DNA of 52,421 nt from the IMG/VR virus record IMGVR_UViG_3300025891_000058, positions 1-52,421 of that record; one strand, given 5' to 3'. This document shows positions 1 to 9,038 of this stretch, in pieces. Made by a program: the position numbers and the translations under genes. The notes below the pieces were generated by a model. The model saw only the letters and a list, made by a program, of their open reading frames with translations, had not been told where the DNA came from and ran no database searches. This DNA comes from a virus (taxonomy: Duplodnaviria; Caudoviricetes). Positions within the stretch are counted from its first letter, which is position 1; each line of letters begins with the position of its first letter.

Positions 1-206
1 CCTCTACCTTGTATTGTTTCAGCGCTGTTTCCTGATCTACAATGAATTTAGGCCTTTTGAATAGCTTTTGTATCTGTTTATAATCCATCGATAATATTAC
101 TTCCTGCGGTGTTGCCATGGTATTTATAATTTAATTACTTGAATTGACCACTTATCTTTCCGTTATTCCATTGGAGATAATCCGTTGCTTCGGAATTAAT
201 AAAATC
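1..206. repeat. Terminal direct repeat, left copy (circular assembly overlap)
   Basis: Identical to 52216-52421 except T79 versus C52294; contains the first codons of the portal gene. Confidence 0.95.
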
Positions 207-362
207 AACTATACTAATGTCTGGTGTAAAAGATTTGTTCATCCACCCACCTCCCCAAAATGGATTATCCGGTTCTGTTGACGTGTAAAATAAATTACAA
301 ATCGTTTCGTCTTCGTTTATGACGAACTCAATTAATCTGATCGATGTTAAACAATTTGCCAT
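135..362 (-). CDS. Hypothetical protein between terL and portal
   Basis: 75-aa ORF preceded by a TATATTTG -7 box at 377-384. Confidence 0.65.
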   Translation of the reverse strand: MANCLTSIRLIEFVINEDETICNLFYTSTEPDNPFWGGGWMNKSFTPDISIVDFINSEATDYLQWNNGKISGQFK

Positions 363-390
363 AATGAAAAGTTTTTCAAATATACATATT

Positions 391-1893
391 TTAAATATAT
401 CCTGTTAATACTTTTAAATTTGCGCCAGGTTTTTCAACATTAGGGTAAAAAGTATTAGCCAGCGAATCGAAATAGTCAGTACTTCGCCCTATTCGCTTTT
501 TAATGTCTTCTTTCGGCTCTATTATTATCTTTCCTGAGCTTTGAACTAAGTATTTAATCTCAACGGCTTCCCGTGTAAATTCGTTGTTTGGAGGCAAACA
601 AGCAGTTGAATTATTGGCAGGATTAAGCCAATCACGAATAGCCCAAAATAGATAAGCCCGCATATTAGCGAACTCATGCTGTCCTGTGATATCGTGCAAA
701 TCAGCTGCACTCTCTGAAAACTTACACGAATAAGCGCGCGTTATTTTCTGCTCAATCAATCGTGAATAAACCCCTGCACCTTCCCCGATGGTATCAATAA
801 ATGCAAGTGCCTTCCAGTCTTCGCCCAAATCCAACTTTATTAATCCTGCTATCTTCATATGATCTGCTTTACCGCCTGATTGATAAGCCCTAAATGGCAA
901 TACGTAATCATCAAACCTATCGCAAAGTATTGAGCTGTCCCTACCCATACCTGCCACGTCTACGCCTATTCGCCTGTTTTTCTTTGAATATATGCCTTGT
1001 CTGGCTCTCCATCGTTCATTGGCTAATTCAATCCATCGGTAGGGAATTAATACATCTTCAGACACTTCAGGGAACATTCCGCGAACTTTAACCCGAAATA
1101 AGTCATTTGGTCTGTATGTTAATCCTTCAAACTCAAAGTCGCCTTTGCCTTCGTTTAACTCTTCGGGTCGAATTGTTTCGCACCACGTATGGACCTTATC
1201 TTTTACCCATTCATAATCGACTTGACCGGGAATAACTATTTTCTTTTGAATGACATTAGGCGCCGTTAAGTCATCTAATCTAAACGATTTCCACCGGCTT
1301 GATTTCATTGACTGAGCTGCGTAACCAATTGAATTATTTGGATTGAAGACTATAAGAATCTTTGAATTACCTTGTAAGTTACCCTCAATGGCTGAGAATG
1401 TTTCACCACTTATACCGGATGCCTCTGTTATTATAAACATGGTGTTTACAGCGTGGAACCCGGACCATGCCTCGGTATTTTTATCATCTGCCTTAAACCC
1501 TGTTAAAAACCACTCTTCCCAGTCAGTACGAATATCGTAACCAACTAAACGGCCTGGAAGTACTTTCGCTTTATTGAAAAGCCTTACTATCTCAGGGTAC
1601 ATGATATTCTTAACCTGTCTGTCTGTTGGTGCTGTTAGTGCAATTTTGGTATTGCCTGTTAGAACTCCGTTATCAAACTTTGGCGTAAGGTACATAAAGC
1701 AAAGTGCAGCAACTGCTGCGACAAAGTCTTTGCCTCTAGCTGTTCCAGATGCGACTGAGACCATTTTACATGTTTGGACTGCCCTTAGTATCTCTTGTTG
1801 CTCAGGGTCTAAATTAACCTTTAACGCGTCTTTGGCAAACTTACACCAATCGTTTTGCCACTCTAAAAATATGTTTATTTCCTCACTGCTCAT
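391..1893 (-). CDS. terL: Terminase large subunit
   Basis: Walker A-like SGTARGKD, Walker B-like FIITEASG, VFNP coupling motif, RNase H-like nuclease IGVDVAG...RSTDYFDS; adjacent to portal on the circle. Confidence 0.95.
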   Translation of the reverse strand: MSSEEINIFLEWQNDWCKFAKDALKVNLDPEQQEILRAVQTCKMVSVASGTARGKDFVAAVAALCFMYLTPKFDNGVLTGNTKIALTAPTDRQVKNIMYPEIVRLFNKAKVLPGRLVGYDIRTDWEEWFLTGFKADDKNTEAWSGFHAVNTMFIITEASGISGETFSAIEGNLQGNSKILIVFNPNNSIGYAAQSMKSSRWKSFRLDDLTAPNVIQKKIVIPGQVDYEWVKDKVHTWCETIRPEELNEGKGDFEFEGLTYRPNDLFRVKVRGMFPEVSEDVLIPYRWIELANERWRARQGIYSKKNRRIGVDVAGMGRDSSILCDRFDDYVLPFRAYQSGGKADHMKIAGLIKLDLGEDWKALAFIDTIGEGAGVYSRLIEQKITRAYSCKFSESAADLHDITGQHEFANMRAYLFWAIRDWLNPANNSTACLPPNNEFTREAVEIKYLVQSSGKIIIEPKEDIKKRIGRSTDYFDSLANTFYPNVEKPGANLKVLTGYI

Positions 1894-2470
1894 TATGTGA
1901 CTGACTTGCCCGTTTCATTAGTTCAAGAAATGGAGAGGTTATCTTTTCACCTAAAGTTGTAAGGTCGGTTCTTACTGGCAAATCATATCCAAGCATCTTT
2001 TTAATCTCAATATTCGCCTGCAATTTGCTGTAAAGTTTAATCTTAACGTACTCAACTTCTTTTGTTTCTTCATTAAAATTGATCGTTACCGTTTTCGTAT
2101 CAATGCTTTCGATACTTGCTTTTTGATCATCTGTTAACGATTCAAAGTCTTTGCGGTCAATCCATGTATTGTGAAGGTGTGCAATTGACGAAAATGCAAT
2201 CTTTGTGAATTCATTTAACACTCTTAACTTACTAACTCCGGCCTCTTCTTCAAGGTTATTTTTGATTAAGTCAATGTACTGCTTTACCTTAGGATTTCTT
2301 AATAAATTACAACCGCTAACAGCCGCCACATTATCATCTTCTATTCCGTATGCCTTCTTGTACGAACGTGTTGCATTCCAGTCAATTATATAATTATGCG
2401 CAAAGATTTTATTCTTTTCGGTTATTTCGTCTTTTAGTTCTTCGAGCGTGTATTGCTTTTGATCATCCAT
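1883..2470 (-). CDS. terS: Terminase small subunit
   Basis: YIIDWNATRSYKKAYG...LLRNPKV N-terminal HTH pattern; overlaps terL start. Confidence 0.9.
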   Translation of the reverse strand: MDDQKQYTLEELKDEITEKNKIFAHNYIIDWNATRSYKKAYGIEDDNVAAVSGCNLLRNPKVKQYIDLIKNNLEEEAGVSKLRVLNEFTKIAFSSIAHLHNTWIDRKDFESLTDDQKASIESIDTKTVTINFNEETKEVEYVKIKLYSKLQANIEIKKMLGYDLPVRTDLTTLGEKITSPFLELMKRASQSHNEQ

Positions 2471-2483
2471 AACTTAAATTTTG

Positions 2484-2556
2484 AGCCGGAAACAGGAATC
2501 GAACCCGTGACATTCTGAGTACAAAACAGACACTCTACCATCTGAGTTATTCCGGC
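2484..2556 (-). tRNA. tRNA-Thr(UGU), CCA not encoded
   Basis: Cloverleaf: acceptor GCCGGAA/TTCCGGC, D arm ACTC-AGATGGTA-GAGT, anticodon arm TCTGT-TTTGTAC-TCAGA, T arm ACGGG-TTCGATT-CCTGT, discriminator U. Confidence 0.92.
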
Positions 2557-2728
2557 AATTTTAAAAGCCTTCTCCGTTAAATCTCTTACACCCTGAGCAA
2601 GGGAAGGCTTTTTTTGATCGTCTTTTCGATCTGTCATCCACTTACCCTATGATCAGTAGGGTCAATCCTCTTGTGGCTGATTGTATTTTAAATATTTTTA
2701 TCAAACATACTTATATTTATTCAAATTG

Positions 2729-2736
2729 CAAAATTA
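2729..2736 (-). promoter_or_regulatory. Bacteroidota sigma-A -7 box upstream of tRNA and terminase genes
   Basis: TAATTTTG matches TAnnTTTG in an intergenic position. Confidence 0.6.
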
Positions 2737-2737
2737 A

Positions 2738-3049
2738 TTATTTTAGCTCGATTGGTCGCCAATGGGTAACATTAATTTTCCTATTTGTAATCTCGACATT
2801 AAATCCATGTCGCATTTTACACCCAATAGCAACTTTTCCATTTGATTGTTTAATTAAAATATCGGTTAATATTTCCGGCAACTCTTCTTCAACCGGAATC
2901 CATCGCTGTGCAAATTCAATACCGGACTTAAATGATCTTTCTACTAATTGCTTCATTCCGGATCGTGATGAAAATAAAGCATCATTTTCATTGCCTTCAT
3001 TTATCTCAAATGCTGAATATTCTTTTGCTGCTTGATTAATCGTTTTCAT
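2738..3049 (-). CDS. DUF551-like protein
   Basis: WIPVEEELPE...VTHWRPI motif; paralog of 8541-8843. Confidence 0.75.
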   Translation of the reverse strand: MKTINQAAKEYSAFEINEGNENDALFSSRSGMKQLVERSFKSGIEFAQRWIPVEEELPEILTDILIKQSNGKVAIGCKMRHGFNVEITNRKINVTHWRPIELK

Positions 3050-3052
3050 AAT

Positions 3053-3289
3053 TCAATCTTTATTAAATTGGTTTTCATTTCTGTTGCTTTTCCTGATCCG
3101 GGCAATAAATGAGCCTACTTTCCGACAATCAATCACATCTTTGTCCGGTCGCTCTCTATGTCCGCATTTCGGGCAAATCATCCAATGAGTACACATTGCA
3201 AGTTTCTTTGAGTCTTTAATTAATGGCTCTATGCAGTCAGGGCAAAGTTGCATTTTATTAAATATAATTTCGTATTGCTTTTTCAACAC
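3053..3289 (-). CDS. Zinc-ribbon protein
   Basis: CPDC...CPKC. Confidence 0.6.
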   Translation of the reverse strand: MLKKQYEIIFNKMQLCPDCIEPLIKDSKKLAMCTHWMICPKCGHRERPDKDVIDCRKVGSFIARIRKSNRNENQFNKD

Positions 3290-3743
3290 GCTTTAAGACG
3301 TTTCCATTATGGCTGCCATCTCCGGCGCAATTGGGAATATACCTAAGTAAATTTTCCCTGCATTCAATTAACGAAGTGAGTAACTCGGGTGTATTAACCG
3401 TTTTTGGCGTTTCGGTCATTTTTTTAACAATCCAGCTACAGAACTCTGTCATATCTGGTAATGTATGAGGTTGTTTTGTTTCTTTTTGCCAAGCCTTTGT
3501 TAATTGGTTCAAGATACTTAGAGGCTTAATGAATAGCCTATAAGTAAAATCTGCTTGTTCTTCGGCGTAACTATCTCTTTGTTCTTTTGTGTATGAATTG
3601 GTTATTGCAATTAATTCGCAATCCTTACCAACTACGTGCCTACCGTACCAGGTATTTGACCAAATAGATACTATTCCTTCATTGTCCTCAATGTATTTCC
3701 GCACAATGTGAATACTTCCGTCTATTTTATTTACTATTTTCAT
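3258..3743 (-). CDS. Hypothetical protein
   Basis: 161-aa ORF in a tightly packed operon. Confidence 0.7.
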   Translation of the reverse strand: MKIVNKIDGSIHIVRKYIEDNEGIVSIWSNTWYGRHVVGKDCELIAITNSYTKEQRDSYAEEQADFTYRLFIKPLSILNQLTKAWQKETKQPHTLPDMTEFCSWIVKKMTETPKTVNTPELLTSLIECRENLLRYIPNCAGDGSHNGNVLKRVEKAIRNYI

Positions 3744-3946
3744 TATGACATATTTTTTGTAAGGTTACGTAGAACCGACTTTCTAAGATCAGGAATATTT
3801 ATTTTTCCGCTTGCTTTTTTCATTATCTCGATCGCCAAATCAATAGCCAGTCCCAACTGCTTAGGATCTGGCATTTCCATGTCTTCGTCGGCTCTTCTCC
3901 ACTTGTTGTAAAGTTCGAGGATGTGAATAGCTGTTTCTGTTGTCAT
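3743..3946 (-). CDS. Hypothetical protein
   Basis: 67-aa ORF, YNKWRR...PDPKQLGLAID pattern seen in small phage proteins; abuts neighbour. Confidence 0.7.
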   Translation of the reverse strand: MTTETAIHILELYNKWRRADEDMEMPDPKQLGLAIDLAIEIMKKASGKINIPDLRKSVLRNLTKNMS

Positions 3947-3962
3947 TATATTAGTTTTATTG

Positions 3963-3987
3963 CCGTATAGGCAGGGGTGAGGGTTAA
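3963..3987 (-). repeat. CCTATACGG-core intergenic repeat, copy 1
   Basis: 25 bp identical to 45028-45052. Confidence 0.9.
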
Positions 3988-4409
3988 GATTCTTTTGTTA
4001 TAGTCAGTGCAAAGGAGTATATTTTTCCATCGGTATCGTCAAGATCATTAACGACAAATCCAACTGCCGGATTATTCCCCTCGATAGTATATTCATCTCC
4101 TTCTTTATCTGCATTTTTTTCGTCGACCCTTTTCATTGCCTTTTCATATAGTGGCAAAAACTCATCCGATACAGTAAAGAATCCCATGTTGTGGTATGAT
4201 CTCAAAATGCCATCAGATTCTCTTATTAAGACTGTATCGCTTCCGTATGCACCCGACTTCTTTCTTACCTGTATCAATCGGCCAAAATGCACACTTTTTT
4301 GACCCTGAATAGGCCCCGTTATTACCAATGATTTAAATCCTAATTCATCTACATCGTATGCGAGCTTACCCCAATGGGATGTTTCGAATTGCATTTTCTT
4401 TTCTATCAT
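3984..4409 (-). CDS. Hypothetical protein flanked on both sides by CCTRTACGG repeats
   Basis: 141-aa ORF; start and stop codons both lie inside the repeats. Confidence 0.75.
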   Translation of the reverse strand: MIEKKMQFETSHWGKLAYDVDELGFKSLVITGPIQGQKSVHFGRLIQVRKKSGAYGSDTVLIRESDGILRSYHNMGFFTVSDEFLPLYEKAMKRVDEKNADKEGDEYTIEGNNPAVGFVVNDLDDTDGKIYSFALTITKES

Positions 4410-4440
4410 AATTTCAGTTGTTTTTATCTCCCCGTACAGG
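4403..4440 (-). repeat. CCTGTACGG-core repeat with leader and start codon, copy 2
   Basis: 36 of 38 bp identical to 45919-45956. Confidence 0.9.
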
Positions 4441-4447
4441 CATGGTG

Positions 4448-4561
4448 TTATTTTGCAAAGTTAATGAATAAATATGCTGCTATTACCGTAATAGTGGCGG
4501 TGTATATTATCGCATCGTAATACCAGGCAATTACGGTTAATATTTTGATTGTACGTTTCAT
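4448..4561 (-). CDS. Small hydrophobic membrane peptide (37 aa)
   Basis: Hand translation MKRTIKILTVIAWYYDAIIYTATITVIAAYLFINFAK; ATGA overlap with upstream ORF. Confidence 0.5.
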   Translation of the reverse strand: MKRTIKILTVIAWYYDAIIYTATITVIAAYLFINFAK

Positions 4562-4809
4562 TGCTTCAGTAGTTTTAAAATTGCTTTTCTAACGTTATAT
4601 GCAAACGAATCATGTAATTCTGATTTTACATTTGGGTGAACACGTGTTGAGGCGTCTGTTATCGCTTCGTTATACATTAAATTTCCATATTCTCGCATTA
4701 AATCAACAAATTCCTGTCTGTGTTTTCCACAAAGCCACCAAAATTCACCAACCCTTTTTATTATTATTGCCTCTTCTTTGCTGTATTCTCTTTCTTTTTC
4801 TGTTCCCAT
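4558..4809 (-). CDS. Hypothetical protein
   Basis: 83-aa ORF with AAACG-ATG leader. Confidence 0.65.
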   Translation of the reverse strand: MGTEKEREYSKEEAIIIKRVGEFWWLCGKHRQEFVDLMREYGNLMYNEAITDASTRVHPNVKSELHDSFAYNVRKAILKLLKQ

Positions 4810-4861
4810 CGTTTCTAATTTGGTTCTAAATTACTAAATACAAATTAATTAATCAACTAAT

Positions 4862-5086
4862 TTAAGTATTTTTATTTTCTTCTCTGTATTGTTTTTCGCA
4901 CTCTTTAGAGCAAAATAAATCCAATTTTCCGGATCTTAAATTATTGCATCCAATATTAAAACATTTGCGCTTTTCATTTTGGGATAATTTGCGATCTTTT
5001 TTTATCGGTTCGCTTGGAATTCCACCGAATCCACCCATTGATATCATTGCCATTGCCAATAATAAGCTGTTTCCTTTTCTGTTCAT
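4862..5086 (-). CDS. Small Cys-rich putative zinc-finger protein
   Basis: CFNIGC...FCSKEC. Confidence 0.6.
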   Translation of the reverse strand: MNRKGNSLLLAMAMISMGGFGGIPSEPIKKDRKLSQNEKRKCFNIGCNNLRSGKLDLFCSKECEKQYREENKNT

Positions 5087-5087
5087 C

Positions 5088-5282
5088 TCAATTCAAGTTA
5101 ATTTTATCCCCGATCATCTCAAAATCGTATTCCTCGTACTGTTCGCCTTCGTCGCCCCACTTATCCAAATTAGAGTCATAAGCGACAAATATTACTTTGC
5201 CTTCGAATTCAACCGGATATAAACCGGATTCACGTTTTACATGGAGGGTATCGCCTGTTGATGGGTCTTTAATGTAGGTCAT
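5088..5282 (-). CDS. Hypothetical acidic protein
   Basis: 64-aa ORF, operon packing. Confidence 0.6.
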   Translation of the reverse strand: MTYIKDPSTGDTLHVKRESGLYPVEFEGKVIFVAYDSNLDKWGDEGEQYEEYDFEMIGDKINLN

Positions 5283-5293
5283 ATTAGTTCGTT

Positions 5294-6070
5294 TTATTTA
5301 TTTTTAATAAATTTACATTGTGATTCATGGTATTCGTAAAGAGACTTCATGTCTGTGCCATTCATAAATGAATAGCAATTTTCATTTTCAGACCATTCTA
5401 AATTACATTCACGATAAAATATTTTACCGCTTTTCTTTTTAAAATAATACTTTACACATCTAATCGAAAATGTCAATCTTAAATTCCATATATCGGAAGA
5501 AAAATTACCGATTGTTACGTCTTCAATTTTTACTTTAAATCCATTTTGACCATTTAAATTATGATATAATAAAGATAGCATATTTTGTTGAGACGTTTTT
5601 AGCCAATCTATTTCTGATGTTATTTCTTTTGCTTTATTGGTAAATTTAGAATTTAAACTGTAGCTACTAGTCACCATTTCTTTTTCTGTAAATTCAATTT
5701 CTTCACCGTTTTTTAAAATAAAAGTAAATCCTTTATCTATTTCAATCGTGTCGGTGTATCTATTTTGCCCGGTTACAAAAATATTACCAGATAATAAATC
5801 ATTTTGGTATTTTTCGGCAGATTCATTACTTTTTTTTTCTGCTTTAATTCTTTCGTTTACTAATTGTCTTTTACTTTCAAAATTTTCAAGCTCAAAGATA
5901 TTTTTCTGGTTATCGGGATGTATGAACGACAATGAATTTTCAAGTGTTATTTTCAATTCCTGAAAAATAGGATTTAATTTATCCTTATTTATATCATAAA
6001 ACCAAAGAGGGATTCTTAAATTTAATCCCTCATATTGATCGTCGTTAAACTTTTGTAGGTTAAGTATCAT
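5294..6070 (-). CDS. Hypothetical protein
   Basis: 258-aa very AT-rich ORF; no motif recognised. Confidence 0.75.
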   Translation of the reverse strand: MILNLQKFNDDQYEGLNLRIPLWFYDINKDKLNPIFQELKITLENSLSFIHPDNQKNIFELENFESKRQLVNERIKAEKKSNESAEKYQNDLLSGNIFVTGQNRYTDTIEIDKGFTFILKNGEEIEFTEKEMVTSSYSLNSKFTNKAKEITSEIDWLKTSQQNMLSLLYHNLNGQNGFKVKIEDVTIGNFSSDIWNLRLTFSIRCVKYYFKKKSGKIFYRECNLEWSENENCYSFMNGTDMKSLYEYHESQCKFIKNK

Positions 6071-6071
6071 T

Positions 6072-6284
6072 TTATATTATTTTATAAGTTCCTGAATTTA
6101 ATCCCGATTGAAATTGTTTAACTGAACACCAAGCCATTTTAAGATTATTGATTCCGTTACCTCCCTTAAAATTAAAACCTACATACCAACTAATTCTTGT
6201 TTCTGTCACCTTCGCAATTTCAAATATATTGCTTGTTGGGGTAAAGTTTACTTTTGTTCCTATTGTTATTTCAGTTGCTTTCAT
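6072..6284 (-). CDS. Hypothetical protein
   Basis: 70-aa ORF, first gene after the promoter and operator at 6330-6381. Confidence 0.65.
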   Translation of the reverse strand: MKATEITIGTKVNFTPTSNIFEIAKVTETRISWYVGFNFKGGNGINNLKMAWCSVKQFQSGLNSGTYKII

Positions 6285-6363
6285 TATGTTCTATTTTTAG
6301 TGATTCAGCTTCCTTGCTGTTTCATGATGTAAATATACAACGTAAATTAACCGATATAACCAA

Positions 6364-6381
6364 AGCTGTTGCATAACATGT
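6364..6381. promoter_or_regulatory. Putative phage operator, copy 1 (AGCTGTT-gcat-AACATGT)
   Basis: One of six TGTT-N4-AACA dyads upstream of promoters. Confidence 0.7.
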
Positions 6382-6552
6382 TTAACGCTCAATTTCCTCA
6401 TCTTCATATTTCGTTGTGTCAATTTCGCACGGATCGTAATACGTGTCATTCAAATCAAATTTGCCGTTCTGAATCATTCGGATTAGTTTCCAGGCGCAAA
6501 ATACAGCGATCAGAACAAATGCAATAAAATACAAATAGCTTTCGGTTTCCAT
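6382..6552 (-). CDS. Small single-pass membrane protein (56 aa)
   Basis: Hand translation METESYLYFIAFVLIAVFCAWKLIRMIQ... with acidic tail. Confidence 0.55.
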   Translation of the reverse strand: METESYLYFIAFVLIAVFCAWKLIRMIQNGKFDLNDTYYDPCEIDTTKYEDEEIER

Positions 6553-6570
6553 ATTGGTTATTTTTAAGGG

Positions 6571-6777
6571 TTAAATTCTTTGTTTTGCACCGCATCGCAC
6601 ACAAACACCATCCCGATACAAATGATCAAACCAAAGCCAGCAAAACAGCTTAAATAGCCTACAATGTTGGTTAGCGATCAACTGCATAGTTTCTGCATCC
6701 TGTGCTGTCATTTCGGCTTGGATCTCTTTCTTAAGCATCTGCTTAAATTCGTAAATCAATTCTTTTTCGTCGTTCAT
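6571..6777 (-). CDS. Hypothetical protein with C-terminal CxxC
   Basis: CWLWFDH...CVRCG; ATGA overlap. Confidence 0.6.
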   Translation of the reverse strand: MNDEKELIYEFKQMLKKEIQAEMTAQDAETMQLIANQHCRLFKLFCWLWFDHLYRDGVCVRCGAKQRI

Positions 6778-7433
6778 TTTAATAGTCGTTTTAAGTTCGA
6801 TTTATTGTGAATTGTAGTAAACTTTTGAAGTTCTTCTATTAATTGCAAAACCCTTTCTTTTGATGGCTCTGGAAGTCCATGTTTTCCTGAATCTGCTCCA
6901 ATATTAACCTGTTTGGGGTTGATTCTTCCGATCAACTCAATCATTGATCCTAAGTTAAAATCCATAATTGGCTCAATGGTTACGAAAGTTTCAAAACCAC
7001 AATCAGAAAGCATTTCCATATACTTCATTCTTTCGTATGGTTTCGGACTATTTGCCATAATTTCAGGGTAATGAATATCGCTTTCAATCGTGGTGCAGAT
7101 AACAGATTTAGGCAATTTGAAATCCATTACTCTTTTTGGATTTTTAGTCTGAAACAAATATCTATTATCAAACTTATTGCAATAGTTTAATGTTTTGGCA
7201 ATCCAATCTTCCGGTATATTTTCAGCAAACAAATCACAACTTGAACCAACGAAAATAAAGTTTTCTGAGCCTAAGTCTGTTTTAATTTCCTTTTCGTCAA
7301 ATCGTACCGGCTTTAATTTGCCCCACCGCTTCATATAACAATAACTGCAATCGTGATAACATTCACCTTTTACGGTATTCCATGTGTGAGTCACAAAGTC
7401 GTACATGTTGCCTTTTGATATATTTAGTGCCAT
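6774..7433 (-). CDS. Radical SAM protein, DUF5131 / phage Gp37-Gp68 family
   Basis: TWNTVKGECYHDCSYCY (CxxxCxxC), FVGSSCDLF, LFQTKNP, TIEPI. Confidence 0.85.
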   Translation of the reverse strand: MALNISKGNMYDFVTHTWNTVKGECYHDCSYCYMKRWGKLKPVRFDEKEIKTDLGSENFIFVGSSCDLFAENIPEDWIAKTLNYCNKFDNRYLFQTKNPKRVMDFKLPKSVICTTIESDIHYPEIMANSPKPYERMKYMEMLSDCGFETFVTIEPIMDFNLGSMIELIGRINPKQVNIGADSGKHGLPEPSKERVLQLIEELQKFTTIHNKSNLKRLLK

Positions 7434-7475
7434 ATCGTTTTTTAATTTGCTTTAAAGTTAATAATAATCAGTTAA

Positions 7476-8084
7476 TTATTTCAAATAATCGTTTAATATC
7501 TCACGGATTAATTTTGCCTGTGATATTAATACTGATGCATATAAGTGACCTTTCATATTTATTTCATTTGTCAGCTCAATTATTATTGATCTTATTTCGT
7601 CATTGTTGTACTTTTCCGGTTCGCATTTAATCTTCTCCATTTCGTCACGGGTCAATAATTCGCCAACGCTCCAAGTATCGGATTTAAACCAATGTTTTTT
7701 AACTTCCGGTATCGCTTCAGCTATCCATTTACCACCATCGTAAATAATGATTTGTTTTCTGCCGTCTGTTGCAAGTTTTGACAGTCCAATTAACTTTAGT
7801 CTACCAGACTTCATTTTGTCCATGTCGGTAGCTGTTTTGATTGTGCAACCAGAAATAAAACCGCGCTTTCTAGCTTCGCTGATTAGGTAGTTTTGCCATT
7901 GATTAACCACGTGTAATTCCATTAATCTTCGATTAAATTCATATCCGTGAAATAAATCACTTGCATACCTCGGAAGGCTCATAATAAACTCAAATTGATC
8001 TTCCGTAAATAATCTTTTTGCCTCCACTCTTTTAATCTCGTATTCCACGCCGTCAATTTTGATAATTTCAGTTTTGTTTGTCAT
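7476..8084 (-). CDS. Hypothetical protein
   Basis: 202-aa ORF. Confidence 0.7.
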   Translation of the reverse strand: MTNKTEIIKIDGVEYEIKRVEAKRLFTEDQFEFIMSLPRYASDLFHGYEFNRRLMELHVVNQWQNYLISEARKRGFISGCTIKTATDMDKMKSGRLKLIGLSKLATDGRKQIIIYDGGKWIAEAIPEVKKHWFKSDTWSVGELLTRDEMEKIKCEPEKYNNDEIRSIIIELTNEINMKGHLYASVLISQAKLIREILNDYLK

Positions 8085-8095
8085 TTTACTTTTAT

Positions 8096-8332
8096 TTAAA
8101 GTTCTGTTAATTCGTAATATGGAATATCATATTCTGTATGATTGAAATAAGCCTTAACTGATCTTTCTTTTAGGATGTTGCTGATTATTACAACATTTGC
8201 CCCGATTATATTTTTACTACCATCGGTTTGATGTCGAATTGTCGCAATACACCTATCTCCTACTTGTAATTTTTCTGCAAAATGATTGTAGGATTTTCCT
8301 TCCATGATTCTATTTAATTCGTTATAATCCAT
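8096..8332 (-). CDS. Hypothetical protein
   Basis: 78-aa ORF, operon packing. Confidence 0.6.
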   Translation of the reverse strand: MDYNELNRIMEGKSYNHFAEKLQVGDRCIATIRHQTDGSKNIIGANVVIISNILKERSVKAYFNHTEYDIPYYELTEL

Positions 8333-8346
8333 TTTATTATAGTTTT

Positions 8347-8544
8347 TTAAAATAATTTCATTGTTAGTTCTATTCTGTTTTCCTTGCTTATTTTCTTACC
8401 CTTAATGCACGCCCAAAATCTCAAAGTTGCAAAAGAATAGCGTAAAATGTTGAGGTGCCCTGCATGATATTTAAACTTTTGCTTATCCCATCGCTTTATG
8501 ATTTTTGCATTAAATCGGGATTGGGATGTGTAAAAGGTATTCAT
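8347..8544 (-). CDS. Hypothetical basic protein
   Basis: 65-aa ORF, ATGA overlap. Confidence 0.55.
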   Translation of the reverse strand: MNTFYTSQSRFNAKIIKRWDKQKFKYHAGHLNILRYSFATLRFWACIKGKKISKENRIELTMKLF

Positions 8545-8843
8545 TTGCGTTCAAGTGGTCTCCAATGGGTAACGTTAGTAAATGGCCTTGCTATTTCATT
8601 GGAATAAAATACATTATCTCTAACAAATCCACACACTTCGTATAAGTGAAATGGATGACTTCTTTTTAGTAGTACATTTATGTTTTTTTCTGGAAGCTCT
8701 TCTTCGACTGTAATCCATCGCTGTGCCTCTCTTGATCCTAATTGTGCCCAATCAATGTAGCATGTAACATCCATCCTTTTGTGAGCCGATAAACTTTGAT
8801 CTGATATATATCGACCAAATGCTACTTCTTCAATTGTTTTCAT
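8541..8843 (-). CDS. DUF551-like protein
   Basis: WITVEEELPE...VTHWRPL; paralog of 2738-3049. Confidence 0.75.
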   Translation of the reverse strand: MKTIEEVAFGRYISDQSLSAHKRMDVTCYIDWAQLGSREAQRWITVEEELPEKNINVLLKRSHPFHLYEVCGFVRDNVFYSNEIARPFTNVTHWRPLERK

Positions 8844-8846
8844 AAT

Positions 8847-9038
8847 CTAAAATTTATCACCGTTTAGTAAATCGTTTTTATTTAATTGCCTCTTTGCCTC
8901 TTTGTCGAATTCTGACCAGTAGAACGTATTGACGATTGAATCTGGAAGTAATTGAATGCAACCACAAACTCGGTTTTTATTCATGAATTTGACAAAATCA
9001 ATTAAGGCTTGGCGTTCTGATCGTTTGCGTGCGGTCAT
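8847..9038 (-). CDS. Hypothetical protein
   Basis: 63-aa ORF, ATGA overlap. Confidence 0.55.
   Translation of the reverse strand: MTARKRSERQALIDFVKFMNKNRVCGCIQLLPDSIVNTFYWSEFDKEAKRQLNKNDLLNGDKF

Noticed and set aside
1410-1440. TerL Walker B reads IITE instead of IIDE
   Set aside because: The catalytic Glu is retained and I recall this variant in Bacteroidota phage terminases; not evidence of inactivation
2434-2637. 67-aa minus-strand ORF
   Set aside because: Runs through the tRNA and its hairpin leader; almost certainly not coding
2615-2665. Possible hammerhead ribozyme (CTGATCA...GAAA on the minus strand)
   Set aside because: Core is CTGATCA rather than CTGANGA and the stems do not fit hammerhead topology
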